The translations under genes were made by a program, and so were the position numbers. Below, in pieces: positions 13,095-24,169 of a stretch of DNA of 64,000 bases (positions are counted from its first letter, which is position 1; each line of letters opens with the position of its first letter). This DNA is from Trichosphaerium sp. ATCC 40318 (taxonomy: Eukaryota; Protista; Tubulinea). Location of the stretch: the NCBI GenBank assembly GCA_038496445.1, contig JALMLS010000631.1, forward strand, positions 124,001-188,000, in the 5' to 3' direction. Under the pieces are notes generated by a model. That model did not search any database. It was not told where the DNA came from and saw only the letters and a program-made list of their open reading frames with translations.

Positions 13095-15569
13095 ATGAAG
13101 CGCAAGCGCGTTCAGACTCATTTCGATCAAAACTCTCCAAACGGAAGCGTGCAACATCAAACTAAAAGACAAAAAAAAACAAACGGTTAGTCTTTGTTCA
13201 CTAATGATTCAAACGACACTCATCTCTAACGTTGTTTCTATAGGGCGTAATGTAATTAAGACACCTAAAAGGGGACGTGAGTTGATTGCCAAACAAAAGA
13301 AACAGCGCAAAGGACTTTTCAACTTTTTCAAACCGGTATCTGTTAACGGTAATAAAATCAAAGAGGTTTGTATTAACCTTACTTGGTTTTACAATCCCAG
13401 TGGACAATCAGAGATAACGCAAACAACGCCACATGTTTTACAGACTGGAACGGTACTATGAACGTTTTTATGCGGACAACGGCCAGAAGGATTTCTTTCT
13501 GAGCACGTGACTCTTAATTCTTTCTTAAATTTTCTTTTTTTTTTGTTTTCTGTTTTTATTCCATCTTTTTGATTGTTTTTATCATTAGCCACTTTCTATT
13601 GGTCGCACTGATTTTAAAGAGCTATTGGGAGGTAGTAAAGCAAAGTATTATACTGCTATTTCAAAGTCGTGTTGTACCATTCAACTCGTCACAGACCAAA
13701 CGGACAATTCAACTTCTATCAACTTCGTAGACCAAAGCAGTATGCAGCCTTTTCCATCCTCAGTCTTTGTATTAATTTGTTACTATAGAATATGGCGCTA
13801 GCGTAAATGGCACGAAAACTACTGTGGAAAGAAAACTAAACCACAAAGCACGTGTTGGTACGTACTGTTTTTTTTTGAAATTTGTGAGTAACGGCTTGTT
13901 TTAACCAAATTATATCCATAGGTCTCGTACACAGTAAGAGTGGCATAGCTTTAATTGGATTTATATTTGAGAAAGGCAAAAACATGCCAATGTCACCACC
14001 GAAGGCTATAACAAGGTCATCAACAAGAAAGGGATTAACAGGTATAATGAAGCAAATGGACAATGATTCAATAAAGAGATATCCTCAAGTTGAATTGAAG
14101 AAAAAGACGACACCACCACCTGTTATGGAACAAGAAGAGCTTGATTTATTCTCAGATGAAGATATTTTATTTGACTCTCAAGCTCCCCCAAAGTTTGACG
14201 AAGAAGAAGAGGAAAAACAGACCCGAAAGGAAACAAGTTTTGATCTTGAATCACAAGTACCTAACATCAACATGGACTCACAAGTGCCCAACATCAACAT
14301 GGACTCTCAAGTACCTAACATAAATATGGATTCTCAAGCTCGAAACTCTCCATTTAAGGATTCACGCGATATCTTTGAGTCCGACGATGAGTTCCCAGAG
14401 ATTGATATAAGTTCTCCCTTTAAAAAAAAAGATATTAAATTAAACATTACTCAACGTGAAGAAGACAACGATGTGGAGACACCAATGATGATGGGAACGC
14501 AAATACCAAATGTCATAATAGATGATAGAAATAGTACTTCTTTCAATAATTCTCCGATCAAAAAAAGACCAAGTGTAAATGGTAAACCTAAGCGAGCGTT
14601 CAACAACATCAAAGTAGGGTTATTAGGGTAAGTTGTTGAAACCTTTTTTTTTTTTTGTCTTTTTTTTGTTGCCACTTTTTTTGGCTTATAGCTTCCTCTT
14701 GTGTCTTTATATACCGATTATTTTTAGGTATGATGACGGAGATAAACAGGATATTATTTCTCGTGTTACTAAAAAAGGAGGAGTTGTTGATTTAACACTA
14801 AGATCATTACAAGATTACAATATTATTGTTGTTAGAAAAAAGTTTTTGTTGGCGCCCTGGTGTGATCAGAACTTTGCTCAAGCGAAGAGAAATACAAAAG
14901 TGCAAATAGTTTCTGGTACAATGTACTTGGAGGCTTGCTTGTACGTCTAACTAATAACCAACAAAACCTACTGAAAACAAGAAATTTCTAAAGGTGATTT
15001 AACTCAATTTGTTTTAGAAAGTCGGGGTACTTGCAACCAAAGTCAAGCTACAACATCTTCAGGAGTGGTGGTATCATCACGATACATTCGTCCGAAGTAC
15101 TTCCGACACTCGTGAAGTTACTACCAATCCTAAAAAAGGTACAAGCCAACATTGCATTACTTGAGAGAGTTCTAACTATTTCTTCTCCTTAAAATAGATG
15201 CATGGAAAGTGGATTATAAAATTATCAAGTATTATGCTTAATAGACTCTCACGTGATCTAAATGGAACACACGAAAAGTCTACAGGGGTGATTGACTTCA
15301 TTAAAACAAGTTTAAAGAGTAAAGACAGAAAAGGAATGATACAAACGCTAAATGAAGATACAAAACATGAACTATACTCTGATGAAACATTTGAAGAGTT
15401 AGAACCTGTTGTTCAAGGAATGCTTCTTGAACAGCGTAAACTCGCTAGAGACTATAGACACTACGTTGTTATATCTTCATCACGTAAGGTTTTGGTAGAT
15501 GCCAAATACGCTCAGTTAGATATTGCAAATCTTGAATCCATCGACACCTTCTTTGGTTTGATTAAATAG
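13095..15569 (+). CDS. FHA + SQ/TQ cluster + BRCT protein (DNA-damage mediator-like)
   Basis: ATG 13095 (MKRKRVQ). FHA exons PLSIGR...ISKSCCTI...DQSKYGASVNG at 13590-13860; acidic SQ-rich middle; BRCT-like FNNIKVGLLGYDDGDKQDIISRVTKKGGVV...VSGTMYLEACL. Confidence 0.75.
14251..14337 (+). repeat. 27-bp coding tandem repeat x3.2 (SQVPNINMD)
   Basis: tcacaagtacctaacatcaacatggac repeated three times with synonymous changes, then tctcaa. Confidence 0.95.
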
Positions 15570-15768
15570 TTATTTAGTTTACCAATTATTCCTTTGTACA
15601 AATAAACCGCGTATGGGCCTGAGAACAATATCTAGGTTGTCGCTGTACTATATTAAACTTATAAGCAGTGTTGACTAACAAGTAATGCTAATACAACTTG
15701 AATGTAGCGAAAAATACTAGTGGTAGCACAGTAGGTACAACAAATACGCTAATACTAACATAAATTTA

Positions 15769-15840
15769 AGGTGAGGAGGGATTCGAACCCCCGACCTAGC
15801 GCCGAGTAGTCGCCTGTCGTGCCATCTCGACCACACACCC
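15769..15840 (-). tRNA. tRNA-like gene, nominal anticodon ACT, non-canonical (pseudo-tRNA or tRNA-derived ncRNA)
   Basis: Reverse complement GGGTGTG TG GTCG AGATGGCA CGAC A GGCGA CTACTCG GCGCT AGGTC GGGGG TTCGAAT CCCTC CTCACCT folds as a 72-nt cloverleaf with intact A and B boxes. Defects: U6:U67 and A31:G39 mismatches, C at 37, short variable loop. Confidence 0.75.
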
Positions 15841-16539
15841 ATTGCACCGTAGATTGTACTGCCATTACAATCAAGGACGTTCTGGGAGGAAAGACTCTCA
15901 GTCTTTGGTGGCTCTGGCGCAGGGTTTTGATTGGTCGTTACTCATTGTTAGATCTATCTTGTCTGACTTTGTATTGTCAGTCTTGTCTAGTTCAACCAAA
16001 CGCTTGAAATGTGACAGCTTCATTCAGATTAACTTGTACTGCTATTTCCTTTTTACAGTAAAGTGAGCGTAATAGCTATAGTATAGGTTACAGATCACTT
16101 GGTGATGAACACAAGTACTATAAGCCAGTATTCGCTTTTGTTTTTGGGTTTTTCTGGGACCTATCAGTGGTACAACAAAACAGTGAATTTATGACTTCTG
16201 GTTATTTAAACGATTGTTACTTATTGATCACGCTATACAATCGGATCAAACCAGCGTCAAAATAATATATTGCTAAAATACTAATAAAAGTCAACAAAAT
16301 TCAGAATGATTGATTGAAAACAGCGATAACTTTATTTCTACTAAACTCCCAATCATCGCAACTGCTCTCTAAATCGTGGCTTGTCTAAACTTGATTACCA
16401 TAACACTTCACATGGAACCTGAGATAACTGCAACAAAGAAGGTGAAGGTACACTAAATAGCGTCTGAATTTTATGCTTCTGAACAATGTTGTAGTTAAAC
16501 ACCTCCGTACCTGCACTCAATTACAATGAGAATCTTTTA

Positions 16540-17364
16540 ATGGAGCTTCCAGTTGAATTACAAGTTTACATTATCGATCTAGACGCGGAAGTCTACATCA
16601 AGTGGCCTGTACTATCGCAAGAAGCAGCGATAAACTCCAGGTTTGACCACAACCTGAACAAACAAGGCAAATGGATGAGGTTTATACCACGTATGATTGA
16701 TAGCGCAATCGTACAACACCAACTTGTAGAAATATGCCGTTGGAATCATAACGAATTGCATGGTATGTACGAGAGAAGGCATAAAAATGGTCGACTAAAG
16801 GAGAAGTGGAACTATGTAAACGACAATTGCCATGGAGACCAACTATTCTGGCATAAAAATGGTGTCATATCGGCAAAGGCTCACCGTGTTAATGATACAC
16901 TCGAGGGGGAGTCTAAACGTTGGTATGATACCGGGGTTTTGAAGGAGCAGTGTAACTATATTAACGGGAAACTGTTTGGAGAGGCTCAGACGTGGTATGA
17001 CAATAATCAACTGGAGGAGAAGTGCAACTATGTTGATGGTTTTCACGAGGGGGAGTTCACACGCTGGCACAAAAACGGCGTCATGGAGGAAAGCTGCACA
17101 TTCGTTAAAGGCAAACTCGAAGGAAAGAAAACATATTGGCATGATAACGGTTTGCTGAAGGAGCAAGGCCAATTAGTCAATGATTTGTACCAGGGAAAGA
17201 GGAGAACGTGGCAGAAAAATGGTGCCATAGCTTCTGTATGCAAGTATATAAACGGCGTACTTCATGGCGAGTGTAAACAGTGGATGGCAGATGGCATAAC
17301 AGTGGTGATAAGCAAATATGAAAATGGTACTCTCTTGGATACGCAATTGGAGGTGTTGCTATAA
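16540..17364 (+). CDS. Intronless MORN-variant (YwqK/MORN_2-like) repeat protein with F-box-like N-terminus
   Basis: About 8 copies of a 24-aa repeat 'G...WHxNGxLKExCNYVNGKLE'; N-terminus ELPVELQVYII. Confidence 0.88.
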   Translation: MELPVELQVYIIDLDAEVYIKWPVLSQEAAINSRFDHNLNKQGKWMRFIPRMIDSAIVQHQLVEICRWNHNELHGMYERRHKNGRLKEKWNYVNDNCHGDQLFWHKNGVISAKAHRVNDTLEGESKRWYDTGVLKEQCNYINGKLFGEAQTWYDNNQLEEKCNYVDGFHEGEFTRWHKNGVMEESCTFVKGKLEGKKTYWHDNGLLKEQGQLVNDLYQGKRRTWQKNGAIASVCKYINGVLHGECKQWMADGITVVISKYENGTLLDTQLEVLL

Positions 17365-17488
17365 CTCTTCCCAGTTACATTCTCTAACTAGCGTTGAGTC
17401 AAGAGAATAGCTATAACCAACTTATTGAATTTTGAATAAAAAATGATGTTATTTTCTTTACAGTAGATATACGATAACTGTCATTTGG

Positions 17489-18983
17489 TTAGAGGTATGG
17501 TATACCTCCAGAATAATACAGGCCCAAAGAAGAATGTAAAAAACGTTCTCCGAAATCTTCTATACTGCTACGAATATGACGTCTTCTATTAAAGGGAATC
17601 AAGTGACTATTGGTCAGTTCGACAGTGTCCAGGTCTTTTAATGATATAATACTTTCATCTGTAACATGTGCACAATTTTTAACGCCTAGAGTATTAACGC
17701 CTGCTAATGATCTGATACCTTCATCTGTAACTATAGTACTGTCAAGATTAATGGCATAAACGCCAGAAAGTGCTCTGACACCTTCATCAGTTACTGCAGT
17801 ACGGGAAAGGTCAATAGCATGAACACCGGCAAGTGCTTTGATTCCTTCATCTGTCACTAAAGTACCGCCAAGATGAATGACATGAACTCCTTCAAGTGCT
17901 TTAACACTTTCATCTGTCACTGCAGTGTCTTTAAGGAAAACAGTATGGGCACCCCTTAAAGCTTTAACACCTTCATCTGTCACTGCAGTTTCATCAAGGT
18001 AAATAGTATGAACTCCAGCAAGATGCTTGATACCTTCAGCTGTCACACGTGTACCCGTGAGTCTAATTGTATGAACGCCTTTTAATGGCTTGACGCCTTC
18101 ATCTGTAACATTTATACAATACAAAAGGTCAATAGTGTGAACACCTGCGAGTGCTTTGACACCTTCATCTGTTACCGAAGTAGACGTAAGGTCAATGGTA
18201 TGGACGCCTTTCAATGCCTTGATACCTTCATCTGTCACATTTTTACTTTGATAAAGACAAATAGAATGTACTCCTGCTAGTGCTGTTAAATCACGATCAT
18301 TAATACTTCCTTTCTTTGTATTGGATAACTTGATGTTTCTTTTGTAAGAAGTATCAAGGTATTGACATCCAGATAGCAATGAATACAAAGTATTGTTTTC
18401 AACGTTCATAACAATAGTGCTGTTTTTCATGATACCCTTGTACTGTCTAACCTTTAAAATATCTGGAATATCATAAATAAAGACCCTTTCATATCCAACA
18501 ACATCATGGATGATATCAGCCATCAAATGACACGATTGAGCAATAGTAAACCTTGATTTTGCTTCTGTAAAACGTAGAATAGTACATAGAATTTCTGGTG
18601 GAAAATTGGTAATGTTCACTGCTTTGTGTAATGTTGTCTGTCTCCTTTTTTTTGATAAGCAAACAATATTTTCTCAAGTCTTGGACGTACTGTTTTGTTT
18701 GTTTGCATTTCGGTAGCTCAATGAACTCAGATACTGTCATTAACATTCTTTTTGCCTCTGGTGGAAGTTCTAGTTGTTTGGTTGCGTTATAGTCAGTATC
18801 CTTGTTTCTGAGGAGATATTCGTCAAGTTGTTGTACAAGCTTTGAGTTTGCAATGTTTAAGATACTTTCAAGCTGGTTTATGAATTCTGTAGGTTGTTTT
18901 GCAATAATAGCACTAAACTCTTCTGCATAAGTCTTGCTGTAGTATGTGACAGCCTGCTCTACTGTAGCGCCTTGGAAATCCAT
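17489..18983 (-). CDS. F-box + leucine-rich-repeat protein, 2 exons (intron 18645-18690), ~482 aa
   Basis: A 46-nt gtacgt...aaaaaaaag intron joins ORF 18516..18983 in frame to ORF 17489..18619 (KQ|RQTTLHKAVNITNFPPEILCTILRF). About 9-10 LRRs of 24-25 aa, 'VTDEGVKALxGVHTIDL'. Confidence 0.88.
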
Positions 18984-19244
18984 TTTTCAATACGTGTTCG
19001 CAAAGATAATACAGAAATTAAGTGGTAGTTACCTCCCTTAACACGAGTACTTCAAACTGTAAAAAAAAGCCTTGCCCTCTTGTATAATTATTGAACTGTT
19101 GATACTTATGTACCAGAAGACAGAAAGAAGAATTTTGTAACTTCATAAAGTAATAAACTTTAACTTACTCGAAGGTAATGTTATCTTTATTCAAGATAGT
19201 ATTTCTTGGATTTACAATAAGAATTTATTTATAAATTGTTCAAC

Positions 19245-21589
19245 TTATGTGCGCCATGGTTGTACGTATGATTCTTTATATTCATACTTGCAGAAACTAG
19301 GACCATTAGGTTCCTCTGCATTTATACCACGTTGTAATAAACGGCATCTAAAAGTATGTATTCTTGATTCTGCATCTGCAACATCAGTAACCGATTCTTC
19401 ACTCCACAACCTGATAACAACTTAAACTTTGCACTAATTGAAAAGCAATAATACTTACCTCTCTCCTACAGCGGATCCTCTTATCCAAGCGCGTGAAATA
19501 AGATTTGTGTCATCAATATATTCTAAACGAGGAAAAAAAGTTATGATCTTTTACAAGCTGTTCTTTTTTTTAAATACTTACCACCCCACAAGCATGCCTC
19601 ACCACCAAAAACAAGTTTTCGTTGTTCTACAGTTCCGTTAAACTTTTGAGGTTCAACAGCATAAAATGTTTTCCAATCTGGGCCATATCTAAATAACGTT
19701 AAGATCTGAAGTTTAGCTTAACTTTTTTTTTCTTTGAAAAAACTGGTTGTCTGTCGTACCCAATATAATTTAGGTACCAAGGTGCAGATAGAATTGTTCT
19801 ATGTCCTTGTTTAGTAGAACGATAAACTACAGCTTCCCAGCCATGTGCTTCCCACACATGAACGACTAACAAATAATCAGTTGTTTTAACCAAAAACTCA
19901 CTGTGTGAACAAAGAGTCTAATGCCCTTTAACTATCCTTACCTGTATCTGGTAGTAGCTTTACACCATTATCCATAACATCTTCCCAAACAACGTAATTC
20001 TTTCCATGTTTACCGATAATATCAAGCAATCTTGTTTCATAATACTGCTCAACCATAGTGATGTCTGTCATGTTATTTTTCGCCATAAACTATAGAAAAA
20101 AATAAGTTGAGATTAACGGGATAATACACGTTTGCATAAACGCCAGTGTAAGACAGAATACCAAAACTAATAGGTTTTTGTGATTTTATAATCACGTGCA
20201 ATTAAAGAGAAAAAAGAATATGTCGTACTTCTTGAATATCCGGATTACTTCTCCAACAAGAGAACAATAGTTCATCTCCACCAGCATGAATGTAGTTATC
20301 AGGAAAACGAGAGAAAACCTCTACAAGTAAGTTCTCCATGAATTCATAAGAATACTCTGATACTGGGTTAACACCATATCTCTTTCCATTTGGTTCAGCA
20401 CCCTACGTTCACTTTAAGCATTTCCTTTACATATACTTAAAAAAATTACTCATACATCATAACATGGTGTAAGCAGTTCTGGGTAACCATAGCCCCAAGA
20501 CCTGGTATGTCCAGGAGTGTCAAATTCTGGGATAACTCTAAAAATGTAAAAGTAAGAAGTTGTTTTGCTAAAAGACCATAAATGCCGGATGTTACCTGAT
20601 GCCTCTGTTAAAAGCATATTCAATAACTGACTGTATATCATTTTCACCATAGGTGTGAGATGGTGACCAGGCACCAAATTCATGAAGTCTAGGGTAAACT
20701 GCACTTTCATAAGGGAAAGCAACTTCGTCTACAATATGCCAATGCAATACATTAAATTTACTGAACAACTAAAATGAGCAAAGAATCACGTGATAAAAAA
20801 ACGTCATCGGCATAGAAATAAGTTAGGAAACGTACTTGTATGACATTGCATCTAGCATTTGAAAGATTGTCTGTACAGGTAGGAAATGTCTGGAAGTGTC
20901 AATCATCACACCACGATGTTTAAACCTTGGGTAATCCCAAATACGTGTTCCGTTGATTTTGTAAACACTGTCTTCAAACACTATCTGAACAAGTTTTGTT
21001 AACATTGACATAACCTTAGCACGCCATCATACGTACCAGTTGAGAAAATGTCTCCAAAGCACGCATTGCAGCAAATGGAGTTGCAGCGATGATTCTTGAC
21101 TCATCACTGATAACTATGGTGTCTAAATGCCCGATTCAGATGATTTACGTAACAAAGAGGTGTTTTAAAGCGTACAGCTCTCTTCTGTATCTAAATCCAA
21201 AACCTCACTTGGGTCTACGACCGAAATGTTCAATGACTTTACTGTACGAAGGTTTGATGTCCCTGTTGGTTTACCGTGATAGAAAAATAGCCCTCTTCTC
21301 TAAAAAAAAAGCGTTAGACTTCCTTAAATTGGCTCCAAGCGTTTGCTTACGTAACGGGAAACCGCATCAGCGAGTAATTGCGAGTTGTCGTAGTTTATTA
21401 CAAAAGAACTTTCATCTATCGAAAAATGTTCGCCTGTAGGGTTCATATCTACTGGTTTAGGCCAAACCGTCTATTAATTTTGGTTTTAGTGATTGTTGCA
21501 TTGATTTCAAGGAAAAAACAAACCTGGCCAAGCGTCAAAGCCACAAAAGCCAACAGTAATAGCGCTTTTACGCTAAATCCACACGACAT
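19245..21589 (-). CDS. Beta-hexosaminidase (GH20), secreted/lysosomal
   Basis: Signal peptide [21 protein letters not shown]; [51 protein letters not shown]. Confidence 0.96.
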
Positions 21590-21803
21590 GCGGAGTGTAT
21601 ACCGTTTTTTAGAAAAGTAGAGGTAAAGCTCCGCTAGAAATTCAAGTTTTTTCCTTGGTTTTGTTGAAAGCATGCGTGTACTCCGTTTTTGGAAAGAAAT
21701 GACTTTCGACGCATTAAAATCTATAGTCTTGTTCTCTCGTGGTAATAAAGAGCGAATCTACAAACTAATTTGTGACACCTTTATACAAAAACTACAAACA
21801 ATT

Positions 21804-24036
21804 TTATTCGTGAGAATGCCCAGTCTTTTTCAATTGTACTGACATGGCCTGTGAAGAAAACTGGTTAGTACTAAAGCGAAAAAGTTGTTTGGTGCACAAA
21901 AAGACGAATACCATCAATATAATTACATACTTGTTTTGATATCATAGCCATCATGTTAGGTACAACTTTTGGCATGCTCATCGACTCTGTCTCAGCTGGT
22001 GCACTTTGTGATCTCTCAATATCTTTTTCTTGTACTGGTTTACCTTGTTCACGCCTCTATTATGGCGTTGATTAATTACTACGACAAGTTGACAACAAGA
22101 TCGTTTACCTTGAGTTTGCCTTGAGCAATCATTTTTTCTCTTTTTTTGTGTAACCTACTTGCTGGCCTTCTAGACTTTGGTCTTCTCTTTCTAAGAGATG
22201 TATAATTTCTACTCTTTTTTGAAAGCTTCGTAGGAGCCTTTAGCATTGCGCTTGATCTCTTGTAACTCAAATCTGATAGCAATGATTGTGCTACACAAAT
22301 AGTCAACTCAAAAGCTCCAAGGTTCAATTTAACGTACAAGCTGTGCTCGATTCTTCTGGGTCTGAGTCATCTTCGATATCGTTTGTTTTATCTAGTTGTA
22401 CATTATCGTCAAGTGATACAATTGAGGTATCTTCTTGTTGGTTATTTTCTACTAAGTCTTCTTTTGGTTCTGGTTGTTTAACAATAACGTCTGTCTTATT
22501 TACAGCGTTGTTGTAGTCTTCTTCCGATGCTTCCGAGTTTTCAAGCTCCACTTCGGGTTCTACTGCAGGTTCTAGCATAGGTTCTTCCTCTACCGTGGGT
22601 TCTTCAACTTCAGGTTCTGCGACTTTAGGTTCCTCTATTTCCGGTGTATAATCTAATTCTTCTGATTCCTCGAGTTGTACTTCAGGTTCTAGTGTAGGTT
22701 CTTCCTCCACTGTGGGTTCTTCAACTTCAGGTTCTACCTCTACTTCAGGTTCTAGCATAGGTTCTTCCTCCACTGTGGGTTCTTCAACTACAGGCTCTAC
22801 CGCTGCTTCAGGTTCTTCTACTTCAGGCTCTACTTCAGGTTCTACCTCTACTTCAGGTTCTAGCATAGGTTCTTCCTCCACTGTGGGTTCTTCAACTTCA
22901 GGTTCTACCTCTGGTTCAGGCTCTTCTAGTTCAGGTTCTTCGAATTCGGGTTCTTCTATCTCTGGCGTATCAGCTACTAAGATATTCTCCTTGTCAACAT
23001 CATCAGATCCAGTAATATTTTCTTCAGATGGTTTGCTGACAACAATTGAAATATCTCGCCTTTCTTCCGTGGGTGTATTAATAAATACTGAATCACCTGC
23101 CGGTGTACTAACAATTACTGATTGACTAGTCGTAGGAGAGAAAGGAGACGTCTGAATAAATACAGACGACTCACTATCTTCATCACTGTAATCGGTATTG
23201 ATAACATTCTGTATGCTCTTATGAGATAAACTCTCGCTTTCGTGAGTGTCTACTCTATATGGTTCAATAAGATCCTTTTGTCTTTGTAGTATGCCTATGC
23301 TACTTGATTGAGGCATTTCAATGCGTATAGTCTCCTCACTAGATGATAGAGACTTGTTTGATTCGAGCTTCTCGCTGCTACGCTTTTTAGAAAGCAGATC
23401 AAGTTGCCCTGAAGAACTCTTTGTAGGAGCTTTAATGCTAGGTTCATTGGAAAGACTCAGACTTAGTGAGATGTCTTTTGATGCTGTAACATCTGTAAAA
23501 TCGTCTGTGGTTGTAACAGTGTGCACGGCTAATACTTGTGCGCTTGCTTCGTATTCGATCGCAGTACTGTCATTTGACACGGCGGAATTTTGAGTATTCT
23601 TTTCATTGTTTTGTGGTTTTGGAGTCGGTGGCGAACTGTCTTGCGATAGGGAGGGCGGTCTGGATAAAGTTAGTATAAATTAACACTAATAAAGCTTGAT
23701 GTACCTGTAAGAAGTTCCTACGCTATTTGAAGAGAAGTCATTAACTTCTAAAGGTGTATCAATGAGTTTGGGTGAACAGGAATAAATGTGCAAATGATCG
23801 CGACTATTTAGGCGTCCTGTACCTTTCAACGCTTTACCGTCATAATTAACGTGCTGTTTTTGCTTTCTGCGTGTAATGTCAGGTCAGTTATGCATTAATT
23901 AACGTACTCATTCAGTAGCGGTGTATTGCCTTCAATAGGGCGCCCTAACACAAATTAACAAAAAACATACAAAACTTTCGAACGCGAATACTAACAAAGA
24001 TTCCGTACCCTTTTCTTGTGAGCAGCAACTGCCCAT
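21804..24036 (-). CDS. Putatively acylated (MGSCCS) disordered acidic protein with Glu/Pro/Val repeats and basic C-terminus
   Basis: ATG 24036 MGSCCSQEK; large exon in ORF 22324..23580; later exons to TAA at 21804. Confidence 0.75.
22545..22960 (-). repeat. Coding minisatellite encoding (EPEVEEPTVEEEPMLEPEV)-like units
   Basis: Four copies of EEPTVEEEP(M/T)LEP with shared DNA block tctagcataggttcttcctccactgtgggttcttcaac. Confidence 0.9.
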
Positions 24037-24169
24037 CTAAAAAATTCACTATCCACGGGGAAAAGGTAAGTTTCTCCTTTGGCGTTGTTTGGTCGCTTAG
24101 TTGTTGTACTGTTAAGATTATCAGAAATCTTGTTAAAATTCATAATTTCATTAAATATCAAAATACACA

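Noticed and set aside
15884-15900. GAGGAAAG resemblance to RNase P CR-I
   Set aside because: No complementary CR-V to form P4; the motif is part of a local hairpin.
17650-18300. Regular ~72-bp DNA repeats resembling a CRISPR-like array
   Set aside because: They are the coding LRR units; the intervening sequence is homologous and in frame.
18516-18690. Overlapping ORFs with an A8 run suggesting programmed frameshifting
   Set aside because: A canonical 46-nt GT-AG intron (18645-18690) joins the two frames.
22712-23125. Ser/Gly-rich plus-strand ORF (likewise 47508..47807, 47530..47901, 8732..9046, 16843..17172)
   Set aside because: Antisense shadows of repetitive real exons.
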